NCBI GenBank assembly: GCA_965218435.1
Contig: CBDCKW010000009.1
Coordinates: 1,408,001 to 1,472,000 of the forward strand
Source: Truepera sp.
Lineage (GTDB): Bacteria; Deinococcota; Deinococci; Deinococcales; Trueperaceae
DNA: 64,000 nt
Direction: 5' to 3'
Shown: piece by piece, positions 29,881 through 40,623 of the stretch
Position numbering within the stretch: the first letter of the stretch is position 1
How the letters are laid out: every line of letters starts with the position of its first letter
Notes under the pieces: generated by a model
Database searches by the model: none
Seen by the model: only the letters and a program-made list of their open reading frames with translations
What the model was told of the DNA's origin: nothing
Made by a program: the position numbers and the translations under genes

Positions 29881-30309
29881 TGACAGACCGAGCAGGGCAA
29901 ACACCGACACCGCGTAATCCACCAGGTGGCCGCGCCTAAGCGCCGCCGCAACCCCGGCAGGGACTGCGACAAGTAGGGCAACGCAAAGGCTTAAAAAGGT
30001 GAGTTGTAAAGTCACCGGAAACCGCAGCGCCAGGTCGAGGCTGACCGAGCGGCCCATCCGGAGCGAGCTGCCGAGGTCGCCTTGTAACGCCGCTCCAAGC
30101 CACTGGACAAACTGCACGTGAACCGGCAGGTCGAGCCCGAACATACGCTGCAACTCGGCGCGGCGTTCGGGGGTGACGTTGCCCTCGAGCCCCACGAGGT
30201 TCGTTACCACGTCCCCCGGTACGGCCCACATCAACAGAAAGACCACGAGCGCAACGCCTAAAAGTGCAGGCAGAGCAAGTAAGATGCGGCGAGTGAGAAA
30301 GGCAAGCAT
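29880..30309 (-). pseudogene. 3'-truncated peptide ABC permease (DppB type)
   Basis: MLAFLTRRILL..GDLGSSLR..RFPVTLQL ends at LLGLSL, where IS sequence begins. Confidence 0.8.
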
Positions 30310-30461
30310 AGAGCCTCCGAACGTGAGGCAGTCTATCATTCTGTTTTGAAAGGGCTACACCAGGTTGCCGTGAGAGTGTCGCAGTCGCCAACTACAGCTT
30401 GAAATGGCTACACTGTCAGTAACGACCCAATCTCAATCTCACGTGTATCAAGGAGACCACA

Positions 30462-31664
30462 ATGACCGTCGCCGAAAACCTTGCTCAGCCGATTAGCGCC
30501 GCCGAGTACGCCCAAAGGCGACAAACTTTAGGCGAACACCTCACTCAAGGAGACAGCGGCTTTGTCTGGTGGGGTAGTGCAGCGATCTTCTACTTGACCG
30601 GTTTTCCGTTTGTTCCGACCGAGCGCCCGATTGCGCTGGTCATCAGCCGCGCGGGTGAGGCAGTTTTGCTGGTGCCCCGGCTTGAACTCGAGCACGCTCA
30701 AGCTTACGCCCAGGTCAAGCGCGTCGCGTTTTATCCTGAATATCCCGACGTGCGTCACCCGCTTACTTACCTCGCCGACCTGCTTAAAGAACTCGAGATA
30801 GGGCAAGGCAACCTCCTCGGTGACGGCGATGGGTACGGCGCAGTGATGGGCTACCGAGGGCCGAAACTCTCTGAGCTGCTCAGCGTCAAAATTAAACCGT
30901 TTGGCACCGCCTTAGACGAGACGATGTACGTCAAAAGTGAGCACGAGGTTGCGCTGATCCGCGAGTCCGCGCGGTGGGCGAGCAAAGCGCACCGGCGGTT
31001 GCAAGACTACACTGAAGTCGGCCTGAACGAAAGTGACGTGGCAGAACGGGCGAGTTTCGATACGAACCGTGAGCTGCTCGCCGAATACGGCGGCGCGTAC
31101 CGGGCACTCGCCTGAGGGCGGAGTGGCCCGTTTGCGACCTATCGGGGTCAGGTCGGGGAGCACAGCGCGTTGCCGCACAGCCTCAACGTCAACGCGGTTT
31201 TTAAGGAGGGCGACACGCTCGTCACCGGCGCGAGTTGCCCGATGTTCGGCTACTACAGCGAACTCGAGCGCACGATGTTTATCGGTGAACCGAGCGAAGC
31301 GCAGCGGCGCTACTTCGGTCATATGTTAGCCCTACAAGATTTGGCAATTGACCTGTGCCGAGCAGGGCAGCCGTGCAGCAGTGTTGACCGGGCGGTACGC
31401 GACTATTTTGAGCGACATGACCTGATGGAAACGTGGCGGCATCATACGGGGCACAATATCGGGATTCGCTATCACGAAGGGCCTTTTTTAGACGTGGGTG
31501 ACGACACGTTGATGGAAGCTGGGATGCTCTTTACGGTTGAACCCGGTCTTTACGTGCCGGGTCTCGGCGGCTTCAGGCACTCTGACACGATCCTCGTGAC
31601 CGAAGGCGAGCCTGAGTTTTTAACGGAGTATCCACGGGGGCTTGAAGACCTAATCATCAGCTGA
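30462..31664 (+). pseudogene. M24 Xaa-Pro peptidase with an in-frame TGA at 31113-31115
   Basis: Creatinase-type N-domain and VKS..E; the same frame continues to HHTGHNIG..HEGP, TVEPG, GFRHSD. Confidence 0.8.
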
Positions 31665-31680
31665 CCAAGATGTAGCCCTA

Positions 31681-32946
31681 GTACAGCGACCAGGTAGCAA
31701 TTTAAGACAAGAGCTGATACCTTTTCTCACATGCCAGCGACGATAAAGATAAGTTTGCAAGCCGAAGAACGTAGAGAACTTGAGAAGATAGCGCGTGCGA
31801 ACAAATGCTCAGTCAGAGAAAAGACGCGAGCACGTATCTTGCTGCTGTCGGACACGAACCGTGAGGGAAGTAGTATGCAAGTCGAGGCGATAAAAGCGAA
31901 GCTACGGGTTAGCCCACCCACGGTGGTACGAGTGAAGAAAGCTTTTCTTGAACGAGGGATAGAGTCGGTTGTTCGTAAAGCGCAGAAGCGTCGCAAAGCT
32001 CGGGTGATAGGTGGTGAAGCTGAGGCGTTTCTGATCGCCACTGTTTGCAGTGCGGCTCCACAAGGCCGAAAGCGTTGGACGCTGGAACTTCTCCGAGACA
32101 AAGTAATTGCAGCAGGTTACGTCGACGAGGTTGCTAAAGAAACGGTTCGCCAAACGCTCAAAAAAACGAACTTAAACCTTGGCTAAAAAGGTGCTGGGTC
32201 ATTCCGCCCAAAGAGAACGCCCGTTTTGTGGCTCAAATGGAAGATGTCTTGGAAGTTTACCAGCGCCCGCACGACCCTAAACGCCCCGTGATTTGCTTGG
32301 ACGAAGCTTGCAAGCAGCTTACCAGCAGCACTCAAGAGAGTTTGCCCTTAGAGCCAGGCAAACCGGTGCGGGTGGACTATGAATACGAGCGCCACGGTCA
32401 AGCCAACCTGTTTATGCTCTTTGCGCCACTCGAAGCTTGGCGTGAGGTGTGCGTTCATAAGTCGCGCAATGCTAGCGATTATGCCCACGTCATCCGCTAT
32501 TTGGTCGATGAGTGCTTTCCCCAAGCCGATAAAGTCGTACTAGTACAGGATAACTTGAGCACTCATCACGCCAGCAGTCTCTACCAAACCTTCCCGCCTG
32601 ACGAAGCAGCGCGGTTAGTACAAAAACTTGAGGTTCACTACACGCCGGTACATGGCTCCTGGCTAAATATGCGGGCAGGCCCGGAAGCGGCCAAGCCCGG
32701 TAGGTGCTGCTTTAAGGCCAAGACAGGTGCCGTTTTGCCCAAGACGGCTGAAATAGAGCTCTCTGTCTTAGCTAAACAGTGTCTCGCTGAACACGTAACC
32801 TCTGTGGATACCCTCAAAAACAACACTCGGCACTGGACTCGGCAGCGTAATGACCACAAAAACATGGTGGACTGGCGTTTCACTACAGATGATGCTCGCA
32901 CTAAACTTAAAAGGCTTTATCCCTCTGTTCTACCTGGTTAGAGTAC
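31681..32946 (+). mobile_element. IS630-family element with a -1 frameshifted transposase (A7 at 32160-32166)
   Basis: TA flanks; imperfect TIRs GTACAGCGACCAGGTAG / CTACCTGGTTAGAGTAC; CLDE, QDNL and AEIE DDE motifs. Confidence 0.93.
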
Positions 32947-33392
32947 TAGTCGTTCGTTTATCTGTATGGCCGATCTTTTTGAAATGGCACTTTTGCTTGT
33001 AGCCGAAAAACCGGTTCTCTGGAGCAATATCAAACTACCGGTGGATACCTAGTCTCCGAGCTACTTAACCCAAACGCGGGCAAAGCTGTAAGTGGCCCGA
33101 GCCTTCCCTTGTCTGCAGTGAGGGCAGCGTCTCGAGCACGCTCTTTGACACGTTAAACACAGACTTTTTAGATGGTAAAAACCAAACCTACGTAAACGGG
33201 GTATGCCGAGCATCAGCCCTTACCGGCAGCGTCCACATCCCCCGTAAAGCTTTGGTCAACATAATCGTTCTTTGAGACGCACAACAGCACTTGGACCGGC
33301 CAACCTTTTGCAAGGAGTGTCCGAGCGAGGCGCACACAGTCATCATGCTCCCAGCTAGCTCGTTACGTCCGTTGTAGTCAAAAAGAACCACG

Positions 33393-33426
33393 AAAAGAGG
33401 AAGAGGCTGTGTAGCTTCTTCCTCTT
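33393..33426 (-). terminator. Terminator downstream of tRNA-Pro
   Basis: AAGAGGAAGAGGCT/AGCTTCTTCCTCTT stem, then TTTT on the minus strand. Confidence 0.7.
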
Positions 33427-33448
33427 CTGCGTCTAAGACGACTTTCTC

Positions 33449-33525
33449 TGGTCGGGGTGACATGATTTGAACATGCGACCACTTGACCCCCAGTCAAGTG
33501 CGCTACCAGGCTGCGCTACACCCCG
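33449..33525 (-). tRNA. tRNA-Pro(GGG)
   Basis: CGGGGTGTAGCGCAGCCTGGTAGCGC...CTTGA-CTGGGGG-TCAAG...GTTCAAAT...CACCCCGACCA; 77 nt with encoded CCA. Confidence 0.96.
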
Positions 33526-33549
33526 AGGCGACGGCGTTTCAGCTCTAAA

Positions 33550-33578
33550 AGCGTAGCATGGGCCTAGCAGCACGTCAA
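33550..33578 (-). promoter_or_regulatory. tRNA promoter
   Basis: TTGACG-N17-TACGCT. Confidence 0.65.
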
Positions 33579-33588
33579 CTTAGCCTGA

Positions 33589-34740
33589 CTAAACGAGGTG
33601 ACGTTCGCGCCTTTTTAGAGCTTTGCCAAAACGTTCTAAACGGAGCGTAGAAACGTCTATCAAGGGCGCGTCCCCCGCGACTTCAGCCGCGATGACGTGC
33701 CCGGTCGCCGCGGCTTGTTGAACGCCGTGACCGGAAAAGCCGCAGGCGTTAAACCACCCCGGGGCGTCGGTCATTTCACCTAAAACAGGGCCGCCGTCAG
33801 GCGTAACCTCGTAGTATCCCCAAAAGCTGTTGGCGCGGTCGAGCGTCAGCGTCTCGAGCCAGGGAAACCGGGGGTGCGCAACCTTGTAAACCTCCCTCAG
33901 CCAAGCCCAATCTATACCTGCGTGCCACCCTGCGGCTTGCGCCGGGTTGCTGACGGTAAAAATTACGGTATCGCCGTGCCCACGGAGCCAAAAATTGCTG
34001 GTTGTATCTACCGTCAGCGGATATGAACGGGCGCTGTTCCCGCCCAGCGTGCGGTAGACCGAGCGTTTAACCGGCACCACCGGTACCTCTAACCCGGCCT
34101 TGTACGCGACCTCTCCGGCCCACGCGCCCGCTGCATTGACGACCAAAGGTGCCGTCAAGGTCTCGCGGGGTGTTCTGACGACCCACGACCCGGCAACTCG
34201 TGTGATCTCTAAAACTGGCGCGTCCAAGTAGAGCCGCGTCCCCCGCGTCTGCGCCTCACGAAGGTAAACCTGTAAAACCGCCAGCGGGTTGATGTACCCG
34301 TCGGCAGGGCCGTAGCTGCAGCGGTAGAGACCAGCTTCAGCAAAGGAGACGAGCGTCTGCGCTTCGTCCGGCGTCAGCTCAGAAATCGGTGCCCCTACGC
34401 GCCGCTGGACCTGAATACCCCGTTCGTGCTCCGGCCAAGCTTTCTCAGAAACGAGAAAAAGGTAGCCGACAGGCCGGTAGCCACTACTTACCCCGTAACG
34501 TTCCCTAAATGTCCGGTACTCCTGAATACTCTCCCACGACAGCCGGACGTTGACCTCTTCACTAAACTGCACCCGTACCCCGGCCCCGCTCCGTCCGGTC
34601 GAACCCTGACCCAGCTCGGGGGCAGCCTCGAGTACCACCACCTTAAAGCCCCGTTCAGCGAGCCGAAACGCGCACGCAGCGCCGATGATGCCTCCACCTA
34701 TAACGATTACATCCGCGGTACTGCGCCCAAAAGTTGCCAT
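33589..34740 (-). CDS. FAD-dependent oxidoreductase (DAO/sarcosine oxidase beta-like)
   Basis: VIGGGIIG, GSTGRSGAG, TPDGGPVLG, GFSGHG. Confidence 0.9.
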   Translation of the reverse strand: MATFGRSTADVIVIGGGIIGAACAFRLAERGFKVVVLEAAPELGQGSTGRSGAGVRVQFSEEVNVRLSWESIQEYRTFRERYGVSSGYRPVGYLFLVSEKAWPEHERGIQVQRRVGAPISELTPDEAQTLVSFAEAGLYRCSYGPADGYINPLAVLQVYLREAQTRGTRLYLDAPVLEITRVAGSWVVRTPRETLTAPLVVNAAGAWAGEVAYKAGLEVPVVPVKRSVYRTLGGNSARSYPLTVDTTSNFWLRGHGDTVIFTVSNPAQAAGWHAGIDWAWLREVYKVAHPRFPWLETLTLDRANSFWGYYEVTPDGGPVLGEMTDAPGWFNACGFSGHGVQQAAATGHVIAAEVAGDAPLIDVSTLRLERFGKALKRRERHLV

Positions 34741-34784
34741 TTGCAGAGTATAGCGCCTCGAATAAAACCACCAAGAATCTCAGA

Positions 34785-34829
34785 GAAATAAATTTTTCAC
34801 GAGCAGATGTGTTGTGAATTAAAACACTT
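34785..34829 (+). repeat. 45-bp dispersed element, copy 1
   Basis: GAAATAAATTT-TTCACGA-GCAGATGTG-TTGTGAA-TTAAAACACTT. Confidence 0.8.
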
Positions 34830-35134
34830 AAAAGTCATCGGAACAGTGCTCCCGGCAAGGGTTGTAACCGACGCCACCTCAGAGCGTGGGTCCTGATTAG
34901 AAAAACTTATGCTGAAAAGCGGTCCTATCCTGAACTTCGGTCCTACCCATTAGACGCTACTTGCTCACGTAGGAGAGAACCGGCATAAGGCTTTCGGCGT
35001 TATGCAACACCGCCTACGGTAGGTTTTCAGCTTCGTTTGCTACAATAACGACCACAGTACAATTCGTGCCCTGAAAGGAGTTTTAACGTCCGTTCGCCCG
35101 CCGCTTTAATTTTTGGCAACAAGAAAGGAACACC

Positions 35135-36652
35135 ATGATTCAAGATGTAGAAAGCCGCGTTAAACCCCCCGTAGATTTCAAAAAACGTTACGACAACTTT
35201 ATCGGCGGCGAGTTCGTTCCTCCAGCGAAGGGGATGTACTTTGAAAACCCCTCACCGGTCACCGGTCAAACCTTTTGCGAGGTCGCCCGCTCGACCGCTG
35301 AAGACGTCGAAAAAGCGCTCGACGCCGCGCACGCTGCCAAGGGCGCGTGGGGCCGCACCTCACCGGCGGAGCGTTCCAACATCCTCTTAAAGATCGCCGA
35401 CCGAATCGAAGAAAACTTGGAAACGCTCGCCAAAGTCGAAACCTGGGACAACGGCAAGGCGCTCCGTGAAACGGTGGCCGCCGACCTGCCGCTCGCGGTA
35501 GATCACTTCCGCTATTTTGCCGGGGCGATTCGCGCCCAAGAGGGCGGGATTTCACAGATTGACAACGACACCGTGGCGTACCACTTCCACGAGCCGATCG
35601 GCGTGGTGGCGCAGATTATCCCGTGGAACTTTCCTATCCTGATGGCAACCTGGAAGCTTGCGCCGGCCCTTGCAGCAGGCAACTGCGTCGTCTTAAAACC
35701 TGCTGAGCAAACCCCGATTGGCATCATGTTCGTCGCCGAACTCATCGCCGACTTGTTGCCCGCCGGTGTGCTCAATATCGTCCAGGGTTTCGGTGTCGAG
35801 GCCGGGAAACCGCTGGCGAGCAGCCCGCGCGTCGGCAAGGTCGCCTTTACCGGTGAGACCACGACGGGCCGCCTGATCATGCAGTACGCCTCGGAAAATC
35901 TGATCCCGGTGACCTTAGAACTCGGCGGAAAGTCGCCCAACGTCTTTTTTGAAGATGTGATGCGTGAAGACGACGCCTACTTCGACAAGGCGTTAGAAGG
36001 CTTTGCGTTGTTCGCCCTCAACCAAGGCGAAGTCTGCACTTGCCCGAGCCGCGCCCTGATTCAAGAATCGATCTACGACGCCTTTATGGAGCGCGCCGTG
36101 GCCCGCGTGGAAAAGATTCAGATGGGCAATCCTTTAGACCCCAATACGATGATGGGCGCACAGGCGTCGAACGACCAGTTAGAAAAAATCTTGTCCTACT
36201 TTGACATCGGTAAGTCTGAAGGGGCGAAGGTTTTGACGGGCGGGCAACGTAAGCAGATTGAAGGGTTGGAAGAGGGCTACTACGTCGAACCGACCATCTT
36301 TGAAGGCAACAACAAGATGCGCGTCTTTCAAGAGGAGATTTTCGGCCCGGTCGTCTCGGTGACTTCGTTTAAGGATGAAGCCGATGCGCTCGCTATCGCC
36401 AACGATACGCTCTACGGCCTCGGAGCCGGGGTTTGGAGCCGTGACGCCGACATCTGTTACCGGATGGGGCGCGGCATTCAAGCGGGCCGGGTCTGGGTCA
36501 ACAACTACCACGCGTATCCCGCGCACGCGGCTTTCGGCGGCTACAAGCAGTCGGGTGTAGGCCGTGAAAACCACCTGATGATGTTAGACCATTACCAGCA
36601 GACCAAAAACATGCTGGTGTCTTACAGCAAAGACGCGCTCGGGTTCTTTTAG
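35135..36652 (+). CDS. NAD-dependent aldehyde dehydrogenase (AldB/ExaC type)
   Basis: [37 protein letters not shown]. Confidence 0.95.
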   Translation: MIQDVESRVKPPVDFKKRYDNFIGGEFVPPAKGMYFENPSPVTGQTFCEVARSTAEDVEKALDAAHAAKGAWGRTSPAERSNILLKIADRIEENLETLAKVETWDNGKALRETVAADLPLAVDHFRYFAGAIRAQEGGISQIDNDTVAYHFHEPIGVVAQIIPWNFPILMATWKLAPALAAGNCVVLKPAEQTPIGIMFVAELIADLLPAGVLNIVQGFGVEAGKPLASSPRVGKVAFTGETTTGRLIMQYASENLIPVTLELGGKSPNVFFEDVMREDDAYFDKALEGFALFALNQGEVCTCPSRALIQESIYDAFMERAVARVEKIQMGNPLDPNTMMGAQASNDQLEKILSYFDIGKSEGAKVLTGGQRKQIEGLEEGYYVEPTIFEGNNKMRVFQEEIFGPVVSVTSFKDEADALAIANDTLYGLGAGVWSRDADICYRMGRGIQAGRVWVNNYHAYPAHAAFGGYKQSGVGRENHLMMLDHYQQTKNMLVSYSKDALGFF

Positions 36653-36664
36653 ACTCTGACGTCA

Positions 36665-36700
36665 AGCCTCGAGCCCCGTTTGCAGGTTGGGCTCGAGGCT
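36665..36700. other. Perfect 12-bp-stem hairpin between the aldehyde dehydrogenase and DUF779 genes
   Basis: AGCCTCGAGCCC / GGGCTCGAGGCT, no U-tract. Confidence 0.65.
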
Positions 36701-36851
36701 GCTTCTGACAGCGGTTTACAGTGGAAACTTAAGTTGGGAATGAAAAATATAGAAGGCAGAATCCTGGACGCTTCTGTATTCTTCATTTTGCCTTCCACCT
36801 TCTCACTTACAACGAACTGTCACCCTACTCGAAACCCAAAAAGGAGAACGT

Positions 36852-37274
36852 ATGGATACAGTTAAACGCACCGCCGACGGGCGCGTCGAACGGGTCGGTA
36901 TCACCCCGAAGGCCGCTGAGCTGTTAGAGACGCTTAAGGTGATTCACGGCCCGCTGATGTTTCACCAGTCGGGTGGGTGTTGCGACGGCTCGTCGCCGAT
37001 GTGTTACCCACGCGGCGATTTCCGGCTGGGTCAGGTAGACATCTATCTCGGGACGGTCGCGGGCGCACCGTTTTACATCAGCGCGTCGCAGTACGAGTAC
37101 TGGAAACACACGCATCTAACGGTTGACGTCGTAAAAGGACGCGGCAGCGGGTTTTCAGTCGAAGCGCCCGAAGGCGTGAGGTTTTTAATCCGCTCCCGAA
37201 TTTTTAGCGACGAAGAGTACGCGCAGCTTTTGGCCGAGGGTGAGCCGACTCGAGGTGACCAACACGAACATTAA
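36852..37274 (+). CDS. DUF779-family protein
   Basis: FHQSGGCCDGSSPMC; AAGGAG RBS; usual neighbour of AldB-type genes. Confidence 0.9.
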   Translation: MDTVKRTADGRVERVGITPKAAELLETLKVIHGPLMFHQSGGCCDGSSPMCYPRGDFRLGQVDIYLGTVAGAPFYISASQYEYWKHTHLTVDVVKGRGSGFSVEAPEGVRFLIRSRIFSDEEYAQLLAEGEPTRGDQHEH

Positions 37275-37278
37275 CTAA

Positions 37279-37323
37279 GAGCTAAAATTTTCACAAGCAA
37301 GAGTATTGTGAAATAAATCATTA
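37279..37323 (+). repeat. 45-bp dispersed element, copy 2
   Basis: GAGCTAAAATT-TTCACAA-GCAAGAGTA-TTGTGAA-ATAAATCATTA. Confidence 0.75.
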
Positions 37324-37374
37324 GCTCTAGCTTGTATGGCAGCTGAAAAGGGGAGAAGCATGTTCTAAGAACCT

Positions 37375-38055
37375 TTAGGCACGTGCAAAACCGTCCTGAT
37401 AGTCGGTGACAAACTGTCTCAAGCTGAGAGGCCCTCGTCCCAGCAACGTAGCGGTGTCGGCTGTAGTCCCGGCAGCGAGGCCAAACCGACACGCACTGTA
37501 GAGCGCGAGCCTCACGAAGATATACCCGCGCGGCAGCCCCCGTGAGCGCATCCTCCGGTAAAAGGTGAGGGGATTTGGATTAGTGTAGCTCACCCTTCTC
37601 CCCAACACGTCGGAAAAAATCTGCGCCGCTTCGGTGTAGCTTAGCGCCACCGACCCCGTAAGCTCGTAGGCTTTACCGTCGTGACCTGCTTCGGTCAGCA
37701 CCTTGGCTGCGACCGCGCCGACGTCTCTGGCGTCAATAAAATTCGTCCGACCGTGCCCCGCCGGGACAAAAATCTCATCGTGTTCCCGGACGTCTTGAGC
37801 GTGAACGCCGGAGAGGTTTTGCATAAAAAACGAGGGGCGCAAAATCGTCACCTCAAAATCGGATGTCTTGAGGTAATCTTCGACGCGGCGATGCGGTACC
37901 AGCGGGTTTTTCTCCGCCCCCTGGACCGACATAAAAACGACGTGCCGAACCCCTTGGGCACGGGCGACCTCGAGCGCCGGGAGCATCTCTCTGTTGATCT
38001 TCGTCAGCTGCGGTGGCCGCATTAAAAACACCCTGTCAACGCCCGCAAAAGCTGC
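37375..38055 (-). pseudogene. 5'-truncated NmrA/atypical SDR oxidoreductase
   Basis: AFAGVDRVFL, LRPSFFMQN, IDARDVG, YELTG; no N-terminal GxxGxxG. Confidence 0.7.
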
Positions 38056-38252
38056 CGTTCGGGCCGGTTGTACCTTCGGTTAGCTTCACGGGTCCCCCTT
38101 TATCCCAGAGTAAGCGGGTTTGTCTAGACTGTAAAGGAGTTTCTCAACCTGAAGATGATAGGCAAACCGTAACTGTTTGAGCAGCCTGGGTACAACAACC
38201 TTACGGTTTTACCGTTGGGGAACAGCGGCTGGGAAACAGGAAAAGTCCATAA

Positions 38253-38297
38253 AGGACAATTATTTCACAAGCAGTAGTGTTGTGAAATAAAACACTT
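38253..38297 (+). repeat. 45-bp dispersed element, copy 3
   Basis: AGGACAATTAT-TTCACAA-GCAGTAGTG-TTGTGAA-ATAAAACACTT. Confidence 0.8.
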
Positions 38298-38370
38298 GCC
38301 GTCCTATATGGGTAACTTGACCAGGGTCTTGTAGGTCTTTGGCTAAACCTACGACTTAAAAATCGTCTTA

Positions 38371-38928
38371 CTACGTTTCAGTTTCCCAATGTGCCAGACA
38401 TTTAAGCAGCTCATAGACAAACACTACGTCTCCGAGTGCACGGTGGCTGGCGTGCTGCGTTAAAAGTTCTTCTAATCCCTCGGTGACGACCGCTTTATGG
38501 AGGCCGTAGCTGGGACGACCATGCGTTTTGGCGTAAAGCCGCATCGCGCAAACGTAGAGCAGCTTAGGGTGGGGGAGACGCCAGCGGGCGCTGGTCTGCT
38601 CGAGCATCCGTGCGTCAAAGGAAGCGTTCCACGCCAGCACCGTTGCGTCTCTGGCTAACGCGACAAACTCGGGCAACACCTCGGGCCAGCTCGGCTCGTT
38701 TTGCAGGGCGTCAAGTGAAATCCCGTGGACGCGCTCTGCGTACGGGTTCATGACCGGCGTCTGCGGTTTTAGAAGCGTGTTAAGCCGAACCGCGCCGGTC
38801 GTATCCATGAGCGCCACTTCGATGACCTCGGCATCTTTTAGACCGGTCGTTTCGGTGTCGAGGATCAGGACGTCGGTCCGGCCCAAGAGCTTCCGGGCAG
38901 CTTCAGCGACGCGCGTTTGAGCTAACAC
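38371..38928 (-). CDS. DEDDh 3'-5' exonuclease
   Basis: LDTETTG, WNASFD, HRALGD. Confidence 0.9.
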   Translation of the reverse strand: MLAQTRVAEAARKLLGRTDVLILDTETTGLKDAEVIEVALMDTTGAVRLNTLLKPQTPVMNPYAERVHGISLDALQNEPSWPEVLPEFVALARDATVLAWNASFDARMLEQTSARWRLPHPKLLYVCAMRLYAKTHGRPSYGLHKAVVTEGLEELLTQHASHRALGDVVFVYELLKCLAHWETET

Positions 38929-39048
38929 ACGGTCCTAGCCGTCAACGAGCTTGAAGGTAGGTCATAAAGCATCGTTATCATTGTAAAGGTAGTGCAGTGC
39001 GGCGCACGTACGCTACACTGACGCAGACAAGCACGACGAGAGGACAAC

Positions 39049-40521
39049 TTGATGAGCACAACGCCTAAAGAAACGACCGCCACCAAAGCACAAGCAGACA
39101 TCGGTCTGATCGGCCTCGCGGTGATGGGCCGCAACCTGGTCTTAAACCTAAACGACCACGGCTACAAGGTCTCGGTCTATAACCGGACGACCTCGAGGAT
39201 GACCGACTTTACCCACGGCGAGGCGAGAGATACCGAGGTCACGGGTTACGCCGAGTTGCCGGAGTTTGTCGCGTCCCTTTCAACCCCGCGCAAAGTCATG
39301 TTGATGGTTGAAGCGGGCCGCCCGGTTGACGCGGTGATCGCGGAACTTACGCCCCTGTTAGAGCCCGGTGATATGGTTATCGACGGCGGCAACTCGAACT
39401 TTGAAGACACCCGCCGCCGCGACCACGAACTGAGGGACCGAGGCTTTCACTTTATCGGGACCGGGATTTCCGGCGGTGAAGAGGGGGCGCGTCACGGCCC
39501 CTCGATTATGCCGGGAGGCTCGCAGCAAGCGTGGCAAGAGGTTAAACCCATTTTGCAGAGCATCGCCGCGCACGTTCACGGCGTCCCCTGTTGCGACTAT
39601 GTAGGCGAAGACGGCGCGGGTCACTTTGTCAAAATGGTCCATAACGGCATCGAATACGGCGACATGCAGCTGATCGGCGAGGCGTACGGTTTGATGCGCA
39701 CAGTGCTGGGGCTGAGCGCCGACGACATGAGCGCGGTCTTTAAGCAGTGGAACACGGGCCGCTTGGACTCGTATCTCGTTGAAATTACCGGAACCATCTT
39801 GGCGGTTAAAGACAAAGACGGGTCGCCTTTAGTCGAGAAGATTCTAGACGTTGCCGGACAAAAAGGTACCGGACGCTGGACGGTGATCGCGGCACTTAAC
39901 GAAGGGATTCCGCTGACGCTGATCGGCGAGGCGGTCTTCTCCCGTTCGCTCTCGGCGCTTAAAGACGAGCGGGTGGCCGCGTCGAAAGTTTTAGGCGGTC
40001 CGGACGCGCCCACGGCTCCCGAACGAGACGCGTTTATCAGTGACCTCGAGGACGCCCTCTACGCCGCTAAAATCGTGTCGTACGCCCAAGGCTACATGCT
40101 GATGCGCTCAGCGGCCGAAACTTACGGTTGGAACCTCAACTACGGCGGCGTCGCGCAGATGTGGCGGGGCGGTTGCATCATCCGCTCAGTTTTTTTAGAC
40201 AACATCAAAGACGCTTTTGATCACAACGGTGAGCTCGCCAACTTGCTTTTAGACCCGTACTTTCAAGCAGCGGTCACCAAGGCGCAAGCCGCGTGGCGGC
40301 GGGTGGTGGCGACGGCGGTGGCGTGGGGCGTCCCGGTTCCGGCATTTTCAGCGGCCCTCGCCTTTTTCGACGGTTACCGCACCGCCGACCTCCCGGCGAA
40401 CTTGCTCCAAGCCCAACGTGACTTTTTCGGGGCACACACCTTTGAACGGGTTGATGAGTCCAGAGGCACCTTTTACCATCACAGCTGGCTCGGTGACGCC
40501 GGGGGGACGGCCGAGGGCTAA
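39049..40521 (+). CDS. gndA: NADP-dependent 6-phosphogluconate dehydrogenase
   Basis: GLAVMG, SGGEEGARHGP, KMVHNGIEY, QAQRDFFGAH. Confidence 0.96.
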   Translation: MMSTTPKETTATKAQADIGLIGLAVMGRNLVLNLNDHGYKVSVYNRTTSRMTDFTHGEARDTEVTGYAELPEFVASLSTPRKVMLMVEAGRPVDAVIAELTPLLEPGDMVIDGGNSNFEDTRRRDHELRDRGFHFIGTGISGGEEGARHGPSIMPGGSQQAWQEVKPILQSIAAHVHGVPCCDYVGEDGAGHFVKMVHNGIEYGDMQLIGEAYGLMRTVLGLSADDMSAVFKQWNTGRLDSYLVEITGTILAVKDKDGSPLVEKILDVAGQKGTGRWTVIAALNEGIPLTLIGEAVFSRSLSALKDERVAASKVLGGPDAPTAPERDAFISDLEDALYAAKIVSYAQGYMLMRSAAETYGWNLNYGGVAQMWRGGCIIRSVFLDNIKDAFDHNGELANLLLDPYFQAAVTKAQAAWRRVVATAVAWGVPVPAFSAALAFFDGYRTADLPANLLQAQRDFFGAHTFERVDESRGTFYHHSWLGDAGGTAEG

Positions 40522-40623
40522 GCACTACTCGCTTAAAGACGGGTTCACCGTAAATTAATTCTTCCTTAATGTAAGGACGGTTACAACAGACCTTTGTGTT
40601 CCTGATCTGGTACGCTGAGCACC

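Noticed and set aside
31113..31115. Selenocysteine or genetic-code reassignment
   Set aside because: The position is not a catalytic Cys site, and TGA and TAG are normal stops for many genes in the window.
32672..32746. The IS630 insert as a group II intron
   Set aside because: Far too short, with no GTGCG 5' end or domain V.
27706..33449. Genomic island integrated at tRNA-Pro
   Set aside because: I found no duplicated tRNA 3' end near the left boundary and no adjacent integrase.
33188..33463. 91-aa ORF
   Set aside because: It starts inside the tRNA and crosses its terminator; no motifs.
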